Source of the DNA: Pirellula staleyi DSM 6068
GTDB lineage: Bacteria > Planctomycetota > Planctomycetia > Pirellulales > Pirellulaceae
DNA: 32,000 bases
Assembly: GCA_000025185.1 (NCBI GenBank)
Contig: CP001848.1
Location: 4,020,001-4,052,000 of the forward strand
Direction of reading: 5' to 3'
Numbering within the stretch: the stretch's first letter is position 1; each line of letters opens with the position of its first letter. Positions 25,649 to 32,000 of this stretch are shown in pieces. The position numbers and the translations under genes are program-made. Below the pieces are notes generated by a model. That model was not told where the DNA came from, searched no databases, and saw nothing but the letters and a program-made list of their open reading frames with translations.

Positions 25649-28108
25649 TTACGCCAAGATGCGCGTCGAGGTGGGATCGTAGAGTGGGCGCAAGCTAACG
25701 CGTGCGGCGAAAAGCTCGCCATCGAGTTCCACTTGATAGCGGCCTGCTTCAATCCACGCGTTAGAAAGGATGTCGGAGTTCGACTTCAGGTACCCCAGTG
25801 CCACACTCGCGCCGAACGTATGGCCGTAGGCTGCGCTCGAGGTATAACCGATGCAGCTTTCGCCACGAAAGATCCGTTCGCCTCCCCACAGCTGAGCGCG
25901 CGAGTCGTGCAGCACGATTTGCACCAGGCGCTTGCGCAGTCCAGTGCTGCGCTGCTGCAGCAGGGCTTCTTTCCCGAGAAATCCAGCCGGTTTGTTCCAG
26001 TCGATCGTGAACCCCAGCCCCGCTTCGAGCGGTGTATCGTCGACCGAAAGATCGCTCCCCCAGGCTCGATATGCTTTCTCCAGACGCAGCGAGTTCATGG
26101 CGTAATAGCCTGCTGGTCGCGCGCCGAGCGATTGGCCAGCTGACAAAAGTTCGTCGTAAAGCTGCGGCGCTTGATCGGCCCGCAGATGCAGTTCGTAACC
26201 GAGCTCGCCCACATAGGTCATGCGCATCGCGCGCACGCGAGCTAGGCCGACATCGATAGTGCGCGAGGTGTTGTAGGGAAAGTGGGTGGACTGTAAGTCG
26301 GCATCGCTCAGCAGCGCGAGTAGTTCGCGCGAGCGGGGCCCCATCACACCAATCACCGCTGTCGCCGCTGAAATGTCTTCGATCTCGACCTGCTCGTCAT
26401 TGCGTCTGTTACGCTCGATCCAGTCGACGTCGCGAATCGCTTGCGTGCTCGAGGTAACGAGGTAAAACGTATCTGCGTCATCGCGGACTACGATCACGTC
26501 GCTTTCGCATCCCCCACGTTGGTTGAGCATCGGCGTATAGACAATCCGCCCCGCTTCGGTGTCGATGTTTGCTGCACAAAGCCGATTGAGCAGCGCCAGT
26601 GCATCGGGCCCCGAGATACGCAGGCGTGTCAGCGACGATTGATCGAAAATGCCGACACTCTTGCGCACTGCATGATGCTCATGCGCGCTGCAGTCGTGCC
26701 AGTTTTGCCGATCGAAGCTGTATTGCATCGAGGATTGCTGTTGGGTGCGGGCAAAATAAAGCGGGCGCTCGATCCCCATCTTCTGTCCAAAGTAGGCACC
26801 GAGTTTTTCGTTCGAGCCGTGCAGCGGAGAGCGACGCAAATTGCGTCCACTGCTGAATTCAAGATTGGGCCACGCCATGCGATAGTGCAGGCCGAGCCCT
26901 TCGCTCACACGCTCGCGCAGGAATTTCTTTTGGTTATGCCAAGGGGCGAAGCGGCGAATATCGACCGACCACAAGTCGTACGGCTGTTCTCCGCCGTCGA
27001 TCCACTGAGCGAGTGCTTCCCCCGCACCTCCGGCACAAGCGATGCCGGCGCTATTAAAACCGGTGGCGACAAACAAATTGCGAAGTTCTGGCGTTTCGCC
27101 GAGTAGAAACTGGTTATCGGGGGTAAAGCTCTCGGGACCATTCACGAACCGCTCGATCCCGATCTCTTTCAGGCCATGAATGCGGTGCTCGCCTTCGGCC
27201 AAGGGGGCGGCGAAATGTTGCCAGTCAGGCGGGAGCAATTGAAAACTAAAATTGCTCGGGACACGATCGACGTTCCACGGTTTGCTCACCGTTTGAAAAG
27301 CGCCGACTATAATTTGCTGACCACTCCCCCGAAAGTAAATCGCGGCATCGGGATCGCGTCCGCAGGGAAAATGCGTGGTCTCGCGCCCGGTGCTGTGGCT
27401 GACGACGTAGTGATGCTCGACCGGTGCCAGCGGGATATTCACACCAACATCGTGGGCGAGCTCACGCGACCACATGCCCCCCGTCAGCACGACGATTTCG
27501 GCTTCGACATCCCCTTGCGAAGTACGGACCCCGGACACGCGTCCCTTGGCGACGAGAAGTTTTTGGACTGCGATTTTTTCGATCGCTGTACAGCCGCGCG
27601 AAGTTGCCCCTGCGAGTAGCGCGAGGGTGCAGGCGGTGGGATCGACGATGCCATCGTGCGGCACGTACAAACTCCCCACGAGATCACTAGTGCGGAGTAG
27701 CGGCCAAAGTTCTCGCACGCGCGATGGGCTCACCCATTCGCACTCCACCCCCAGAACTTCTGCCATCGCTACGGAACGTCGATACTGCTGCACGCGCTGC
27801 TTGGTGCGGGCGAGCATCAGCGATCCGGTTTGCACCCATCCGGTCGGTTTGCCCGTCTCCTCTTGCAGCGATTTATAGAGCTTGGCGGAGGCCTGGTTGA
27901 TGCGTGTCATCGCCGAACTGGTTCGAAGTCGCCCGACTTGTCCGGCCGAGTGCCAGGTGGTTCCGCCTGCGAATTTGGCTTGTTCCAGAAGTAAAAGATC
28001 GCGATAGCCGAGCTTCGTGAGGTGATAGGCGACGCTGGCTCCGGCAATGCCACCACCAACCACAACGACTCGAGCGCGAGCAGGAAGCTGGGTCATACAA
28101 ACAGTCAC
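25649..28108 (-). CDS. FAD-dependent oxidoreductase fused to GcvT-type folate-binding aminomethyltransferase domain (dimethylglycine/sarcosine dehydrogenase family)
   Basis: 815-819 aa. VVVVGGGIAGASVAYHL (dinucleotide fold). GTTWHSAGQ contains the His that carries covalent FAD in DMGDH/SARDH. The C-terminal GcvT-like region reads GIFDQSSLTRLRISGPDA...YVGELGYELH...GYYAMNSLRLEKAY. The track start at 28108 is a GTG; ATG at 28095 is equally plausible. Confidence 0.9.
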   Translation of the reverse strand: MTVCMTQLPARARVVVVGGGIAGASVAYHLTKLGYRDLLLLEQAKFAGGTTWHSAGQVGRLRTSSAMTRINQASAKLYKSLQEETGKPTGWVQTGSLMLARTKQRVQQYRRSVAMAEVLGVECEWVSPSRVRELWPLLRTSDLVGSLYVPHDGIVDPTACTLALLAGATSRGCTAIEKIAVQKLLVAKGRVSGVRTSQGDVEAEIVVLTGGMWSRELAHDVGVNIPLAPVEHHYVVSHSTGRETTHFPCGRDPDAAIYFRGSGQQIIVGAFQTVSKPWNVDRVPSNFSFQLLPPDWQHFAAPLAEGEHRIHGLKEIGIERFVNGPESFTPDNQFLLGETPELRNLFVATGFNSAGIACAGGAGEALAQWIDGGEQPYDLWSVDIRRFAPWHNQKKFLRERVSEGLGLHYRMAWPNLEFSSGRNLRRSPLHGSNEKLGAYFGQKMGIERPLYFARTQQQSSMQYSFDRQNWHDCSAHEHHAVRKSVGIFDQSSLTRLRISGPDALALLNRLCAANIDTEAGRIVYTPMLNQRGGCESDVIVVRDDADTFYLVTSSTQAIRDVDWIERNRRNDEQVEIEDISAATAVIGVMGPRSRELLALLSDADLQSTHFPYNTSRTIDVGLARVRAMRMTYVGELGYELHLRADQAPQLYDELLSAGQSLGARPAGYYAMNSLRLEKAYRAWGSDLSVDDTPLEAGLGFTIDWNKPAGFLGKEALLQQRSTGLRKRLVQIVLHDSRAQLWGGERIFRGESCIGYTSSAAYGHTFGASVALGYLKSNSDILSNAWIEAGRYQVELDGELFAARVSLRPLYDPTSTRILA

Positions 28109-28156
28109 TCACCCACGTGGAACGAGCACAAAACCACACCAGAAATGCACCAGCCT

Positions 28157-28708
28157 TCATCCACCTTTGGCATAGACCACGATCAGCCTGGCGATCGAGC
28201 GTCCGACGTTACGAAGCGTATGTTGCACGCTTCCGTCGTCGTAAATGCAGTCGCCCGGCTCGAGACGATAGGACTCGTCGCCATACTCGTACTCAATCGT
28301 CCCATCGACCACCATCACGAACTCTTCCCCCTCGTGGGCCAGCTTTTCATCGCGTCCTTTGCCCGGCTGAATTTCAAGAAGCATCGGCTCCATCAGTTTG
28401 ATGGCTCGCTTATGCGCGAGGGCAAAATAACGAATTGCCGATCCATCGCGGGTGATCTCTTGCCGCTCCTCTTTCCGGACGACGACGATTTGAGGACGCT
28501 GGTCGAGTCCCGCAAGAAGATCGGCGGTCGAGACCCCAAACGCTTCTGCGATTTTGGCGAGGGTGGGAAGCGAAGGAGTGACGCGAAAGTTTTCAATTTT
28601 CGAGATCACACCGCGCGTCATGCCGGTTTTTTCAGCCAGCTCTTCGAGTGTAAGCCCGGCCGAGGTGCGCATTTCGCGAATGCGCTGCGAAAGTTGCAAA
28701 AGGTTCAT
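28157..28708 (-). CDS. XRE-family HTH + cupin transcriptional regulator (PuuR-like architecture)
   Basis: The N-terminal HTH is LSQRIREMRTSAGLTLEELAEKTGMTRGVISKIENFRVTPSLPTLAKIAEAFGV. The C-terminal cupin is GEEFVMVVDGTIEYEYGDESYRLEPGDCIY. I place the start at ATG 28708, because the track's 28798 start is a TTG and adds non-homologous residues. Confidence 0.85.
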   Translation of the reverse strand: MNLLQLSQRIREMRTSAGLTLEELAEKTGMTRGVISKIENFRVTPSLPTLAKIAEAFGVSTADLLAGLDQRPQIVVVRKEERQEITRDGSAIRYFALAHKRAIKLMEPMLLEIQPGKGRDEKLAHEGEEFVMVVDGTIEYEYGDESYRLEPGDCIYDDGSVQHTLRNVGRSIARLIVVYAKGG

Positions 28709-28755
28709 GTTGCCCGTTGTACCCACTGCGGGTTCTTCAGGCAACAGTCGGTCGA

Positions 28756-28783
28756 GATGAAATGAGATGAAATATTGATGAAG
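28756..28783. promoter_or_regulatory. three helically phased direct repeats GATGAA(A/G), candidate operator upstream of the regulator gene
   Basis: GATGAAAT at 28756-28763, GATGAAAT at 28766-28773 and GATGAAG at 28777-28783, with 10- and 11-bp spacing. They sit in a local AT-rich patch 48-75 nt upstream of the regulator ATG (28708). Confidence 0.35.
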
Positions 28784-29070
28784 GTGCAGCAGAACCAATC
28801 GGACACACCTGATTCCTAAGAAGGCATCAATCTGCAGGCCAGTGGCGGCCCCTTTTCAGAGGTGCCCATGCCTAACAGCATTGCACCCCAAGGGCAGGGG
28901 GATCGCACGCTACTGAAATCCTCCCAGCTGTCTCTCAGCGGAAATTGTGGGGAGCGTTTGCGAGCCCCGGAAGGTCTGCTACATTCGGAGCTTCGCGGTG
29001 AAGGTTCCTGGGGGTGAAAACCCTCGAGAGAATTTACCGCTAACCCTCTCTAGCTCGGGAGTTTCGTGTA

Positions 29071-29742
29071 GTGAATGGCGTGGAAGGACTGGCTCCCTAT
29101 CGGCCGCAAATCGATGCCCTGCGCGACGTGGGGCAGATGCTTTGGCAGCGTGGCTGGTCGGTCGGTACGAGCAGCAACTACAGCGTGGTGGTGGGGCGCG
29201 ATCCGCTGCGCATTCTGATTACCGCCAGTGGCAAGGATAAGGGGCGACTCGGTCCCGATGATTTCGTGGTCGTAGGAGACGACGGACGCGGCGCTTGGCC
29301 AGGACAAGCCAAGTCCTCTGCCGAAACGCTGCTGCACGTCGTAGCAGCCCAGCAGCCGGGCGTTGGAGCAGTGCTGCACACCCATTCGGTCTGGTGCACG
29401 TTGCTTTCGGACTACTTTTTTTCGCAAGGTGGTCTCGTCCTCGAAGGGTACGAGATGCTGAAAGGTTTCGCCGGGGTCACCACCCACGAAACGCGTGCCT
29501 GGATCGAGATTTTCGAGAATACGCAAGACATTCCTTCGCTGGCCGAAAAAGTCCGCGAGCGGATGACCGATGTCGCTAGCCCGATGAAGTTTGGCTACCT
29601 CATTCGTAAGCATGGCCTCTACACCTGGGGTGTCGATCTCGAGGAAACGCGACGGCATATCGAAGTGATGGAATTTCTGCTCGAATGCACTGGTCGTAAG
29701 CTGCTGCTCGAAGGAGCCATCTCCGCTGCCGTCGTGGCATAG
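29071..29742 (+). CDS. mtnB: methylthioribulose-1-phosphate dehydratase (class II aldolase/adducin fold)
   Basis: 223 aa with a GTG start. GWSVGTSSNYSVVV, ITASGKDKG, SAETLLHVV, AVLHTHS. The context with mtnD and mtnC supports the call. Confidence 0.85.
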   Translation: MNGVEGLAPYRPQIDALRDVGQMLWQRGWSVGTSSNYSVVVGRDPLRILITASGKDKGRLGPDDFVVVGDDGRGAWPGQAKSSAETLLHVVAAQQPGVGAVLHTHSVWCTLLSDYFFSQGGLVLEGYEMLKGFAGVTTHETRAWIEIFENTQDIPSLAEKVRERMTDVASPMKFGYLIRKHGLYTWGVDLEETRRHIEVMEFLLECTGRKLLLEGAISAAVVA

Positions 29743-29829
29743 CAGGCTGAATTAATTCACTGATTTTTGTAAGCAAGTTCTCAAGAACAGCTAAGCACTT
29801 CCTTCGCAAGTTTTCAATAAATTCCCCAT

Positions 29830-29888
29830 AGTTCCTTCCTAGGTAATCACAAATTCCTGAGCGATTCGTGCAAAGTCACGAAGGAACT
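29830..29888 (+). promoter_or_regulatory. stem-loop in the AT-rich mtnB-mtnD spacer (candidate cis-regulatory RNA structure)
   Basis: Perfect 9-bp inverted repeat AGTTCCTTC (29830-29838) / GAAGGAACT (29880-29888) with a 41-nt loop. An upstream competitor, TTCCTTCG (29799-29806), can pair with CGAAGGAA (29879-29886). Confidence 0.3.
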
Positions 29889-29919
29889 CCTCACAAGTCG
29901 AGACTAAGGTACTACAGCC

Positions 29920-30498
29920 ATGGCCCGAATTCGAATTCAAGACGAGAATCGCGAAATTACCGGTGCAGAAGCGATTCGCGAGTTTCTCAAGCCGTTTGGC
30001 ATTTGGTACGAGAAGTGGGATGTCGCCGGACGGATCGGTCCTGACGCTACGAACGAAGAGATCCTGGCCGCTTATGCCCCAGAGATCGAGCGGCTGAAGG
30101 TGGCCGGAAATTTTGTGACAGCCGACGTCATCAACGTCAATCCTGGTACGCCCGGGCTCGATGGGATGCTCGCCAAATTCTGCAAAGAACATACCCACAG
30201 CGAAGACGAAGTTCGCTTCACGGTGAAGGGGAGTGGTGTGTTTCACATTCATCCCGAAGGTGGGCCGGTTTTTGCCGTCCAAGTCGAAGCGGGGGATTTG
30301 ATTAACGTTCCGATGGGGACCAAGCATTGGTTCGATCTCTGCAGCGACAAAACGATTCGCTGCATTCGCCTGTTCCAGGACATGTCGGGCTGGGCGCCGC
30401 ACTACGTTGAATCGGGTGTGCACGAGCGCTATCAGCCGCTCTGCATGGGACCTGCCTATTTGCCAGCCGCCGGTATCGATTCGGTCGTCAAGCTGTAG
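29920..30498 (+). CDS. mtnD: acireductone dioxygenase (1,2-dihydroxy-3-keto-5-methylthiopentene dioxygenase)
   Basis: 192 aa. ARD cupin with metal ligands in [10 protein letters not shown]...HWF. The layout is typical of ARD. Confidence 0.9.
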   Translation: MARIRIQDENREITGAEAIREFLKPFGIWYEKWDVAGRIGPDATNEEILAAYAPEIERLKVAGNFVTADVINVNPGTPGLDGMLAKFCKEHTHSEDEVRFTVKGSGVFHIHPEGGPVFAVQVEAGDLINVPMGTKHWFDLCSDKTIRCIRLFQDMSGWAPHYVESGVHERYQPLCMGPAYLPAAGIDSVVKL

Positions 30499-30549
30499 TC
30501 TCCTTAGACTCTCATAGTCCTGTGATCGAAGTGGGAAAGTCGGCCGAAT

Positions 30550-31242
30550 ATGGCGTCTAGTGTCCGTGGAATTTTGCTCGATATCGAAGGGACCACCTCT
30601 TCGATTTCGTTCGTCGTGGATGTGATGTTTCCACTGGCACGCCGCGACGTGCGAGCACTGCTCGACCAGCATTTCACGCGCGAAGATGTCGCAAAAGCAG
30701 TGCAGCTGATGGAGTCAGATGCCGGGCGAAAGTTGCCAACTCCCGAAGAAGTGGCTGCTGAGGCCTATCGGCTGATGGATGGCGACGTGAAGTCGACCGG
30801 TCTCAAGCAACTGCAAGGTATTGTGTGGGACGATGCCTTCGTCCGAGGTCAGTTGGTGGCCCATTTGTACGACGATGTTGCCCCAGCACTTCGCCGCTGG
30901 AATCAGTCTGGACTGGATTGCCGCATCTATTCGTCGGGAAGCATTCAGGCTCAGAAAAAGTTCTTCGGCTACAGTGTCGCGGGAGATCTGTTGTCGCTCT
31001 TGCGGGGGCATTACGACACAACAACTGGCGGCAAGAAGGAAGCCGCGAGCTACACAAAAATTGCCTCCGCTATGAGCTTGCCCCCGGGCGAAATTTTGTT
31101 CGTCAGCGACGTGGTGGCAGAACTTGATGCCGCACGTGCCGCCGGAATGCAAACGCGGCTGAGCCTTCGCCCCGGCAACCCGTCACAGCCCCCCAATGAT
31201 CACACCCCGATCAGCTCTTTCGAACAAATCCTGGTCGCATAA
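30550..31242 (+). CDS. mtnC: enolase-phosphatase E1 (acireductone synthase, HAD superfamily)
   Basis: 230 aa. ILLDIEGTTSSISFV (HAD motif I in the MtnC context), YSSGS, FVSDVVAELDAA. Confidence 0.9.
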   Translation: MASSVRGILLDIEGTTSSISFVVDVMFPLARRDVRALLDQHFTREDVAKAVQLMESDAGRKLPTPEEVAAEAYRLMDGDVKSTGLKQLQGIVWDDAFVRGQLVAHLYDDVAPALRRWNQSGLDCRIYSSGSIQAQKKFFGYSVAGDLLSLLRGHYDTTTGGKKEAASYTKIASAMSLPPGEILFVSDVVAELDAARAAGMQTRLSLRPGNPSQPPNDHTPISSFEQILVA

Positions 31243-31443
31243 ATCGCGGGATCCCTTGGTCCGTAAATTTCTTTCGAACTCACGTCAATCTGGTCGCGTA
31301 GCAAGCAAGTGAATCGTTGGGATTCTAGCTTGGTAGTTGGCAACGACGGTAATGCTAGAACTTCCTTGCTAGCGGCCGGTTTTCACGAAAATCTTCGGAA
31401 AACTTGACGACGGCGAGGATGCCTCTACGATTCGCTTGGCTGA

Positions 31444-31689
31444 TCACATCGCTGTGCTCAGTGGAACTTGGTGGAACCAAAAATCGCCTGCCTGACGCAA
31501 GTTGCGAGAGATTTCGCACAAGCCGTTTTGGTGTCGCGAATTGAAGAGTTTGGCCAGCAGGTGGGCCGCAAAGTGGCTCCCAGTTGTCCCGGCTCCTTTC
31601 TTTGAGCGCTTCAGGAAGAAGCGACCGTCGAGCTGCGATTGTTCTTCGCGCTCGTGTGACGAGCCCACGATGGGAAAGTCTGTCGCCAT
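31444..31689 (-). CDS. possible small hypothetical protein (very uncertain)
   Basis: The track ORF 31444-31728 has an internal start at MATDFPIVG (31689). Codon pattern is passably coding-like, but I recognise no family and see no clear RBS. A mirror ORF on the plus strand (31502-31741) competes with it. Confidence 0.25.
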   Translation of the reverse strand: MATDFPIVGSSHEREEQSQLDGRFFLKRSKKGAGTTGSHFAAHLLAKLFNSRHQNGLCEISRNLRQAGDFWFHQVPLSTAM

Positions 31690-31761
31690 CGATCGGTTAG
31701 CTCGCGATCTTTTCGCCCGCATGATCATGGCGACTCCTTGAACTTTCCAGGAGTTCGTTCG

Positions 31762-32000
31762 ATGTCTCGTGTGACTGCCCCAGCGATGATTTCCCCCGCG
31801 CTATCGTCTCGTGATATTGGTCTTGTTTCCGAAGTGAAAGAAGTTGCCTCGGGTGCCGGCTCCGACAGCAAGCTCAAGCGTCAGCGATCGCTGGCAATTT
31901 GGCTGCAGCGTGTGTCGATGGTTTCGCTGCGAAAGTTGCTTCGCAGTGGCGCGTCGTCGCTCCTGGGAACGCCACTGCTGCCTGCGCTTGCCGCCGTGAT
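31762..32000 (+). CDS. hypothetical protein, N-terminal fragment running off the right edge
   Basis: ATG at 31762 has AGGAG (31750-31754) upstream. My translation is MSRVTAPAMISPALSSRDIGLVSEVKEVASGAGSDSKLKRQRSLAIWLQRVSMVSLRKLLRSGASSLLGTPLLPALAAV..., and the frame stays open to the window end. Confidence 0.4.
   Translation, partial: MSRVTAPAMISPALSSRDIGLVSEVKEVASGAGSDSKLKRQRSLAIWLQRVSMVSLRKLLRSGASSLLGTPLLPALAAV

Noticed and set aside
26441-27106. 221-aa plus-strand ORF inside the FAD/GcvT oxidoreductase gene
   Set aside because: It is an antisense shadow ORF. The minus-strand frame carries the DAO and GcvT signatures continuously.
28022-28765. 247-aa plus-strand ORF overlapping the regulator gene
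   Set aside because: It is antisense to a clear XRE-HTH/cupin protein, and its own translation shows no domain signature.
28799-29070. Known SAM/SAH riboswitch upstream of mtnB
   Set aside because: I could not match any SAM-I, SAM-II/V or SAH consensus from memory. It is left as a low-interest item needing an Infernal scan.
29839-30672. 277-aa minus-strand ORF across mtnD
   Set aside because: It is antisense to a well-supported acireductone dioxygenase. Composition is Arg/His-rich and it has no RBS.
31502-31741. 79-aa plus-strand ORF mirroring the 31444-31728 ORF
   Set aside because: It is Trp/Cys/Arg-rich with no RBS. The opposite-strand ORF is marginally more coding-like, and both remain doubtful.
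1-32000. Defence systems, prophage, integrative elements, toxin-antitoxin pairs
   Set aside because: I recognised no nuclease, methylase, integrase, transposase or phage structural signatures, no flanking tRNA, and no long direct repeats. Apart from the small AT-rich spacers noted above, composition appears uniform.

Overview
GC-rich bacterial chromosomal segment. Gene content and signature motifs (a PSCyt1-like Cys-His motif, a TMTC-like TPR membrane protein, long non-coding gaps) suggest Planctomycetota, possibly Pirellulales-like; this is inference only. I support about 34 protein-coding genes. By eye I found no rRNA, tRNA, CRISPR array, transposase, integrase or recognisable defence gene. 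Most of the window is housekeeping. Left third: apbE, a secreted PSCyt-like protein, Nudix, ykgJ-like, HU/IHF, pyrD, trpS, redoxin, hrpB. A long minus-strand block follows: holA, coaC, rpoZ, gmk, yicC, secG, tpiA, aroF. Then come proC, moaC, a long-chain polyprenyl synthase, and a methionine-salvage trio mtnB-mtnD-mtnC. The only accessory-looking locus is 22.4-28.8 kb on the minus strand. It holds a PuuR-like XRE/cupin regulator, a dimethylglycine/sarcosine-dehydrogenase-type FAD+folate enzyme, a PhnW-type aminotransferase and a TMTC-like GT-C/TPR membrane protein. No C-P bond-cleaving or phosphonate-biosynthetic gene is in view. This is my best candidate for an undescribed pathway (folate-linked N-demethylation feeding an aminophosphonate transaminase), but it is a hypothesis, not a demonstrated system. 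Secondary observations: helically phased direct repeats upstream of the regulator; an AT-rich structured spacer splitting mtnB from mtnD; SecG with a roughly 120-aa PAAE-repeat tail; a CX4CH variant of the planctomycete cytochrome motif; a stand-alone CoaC; and several small orphan ORFs with palindromic or structured leaders. Many long ORFs in the track are antisense shadow ORFs typical of GC-rich DNA and were rejected.
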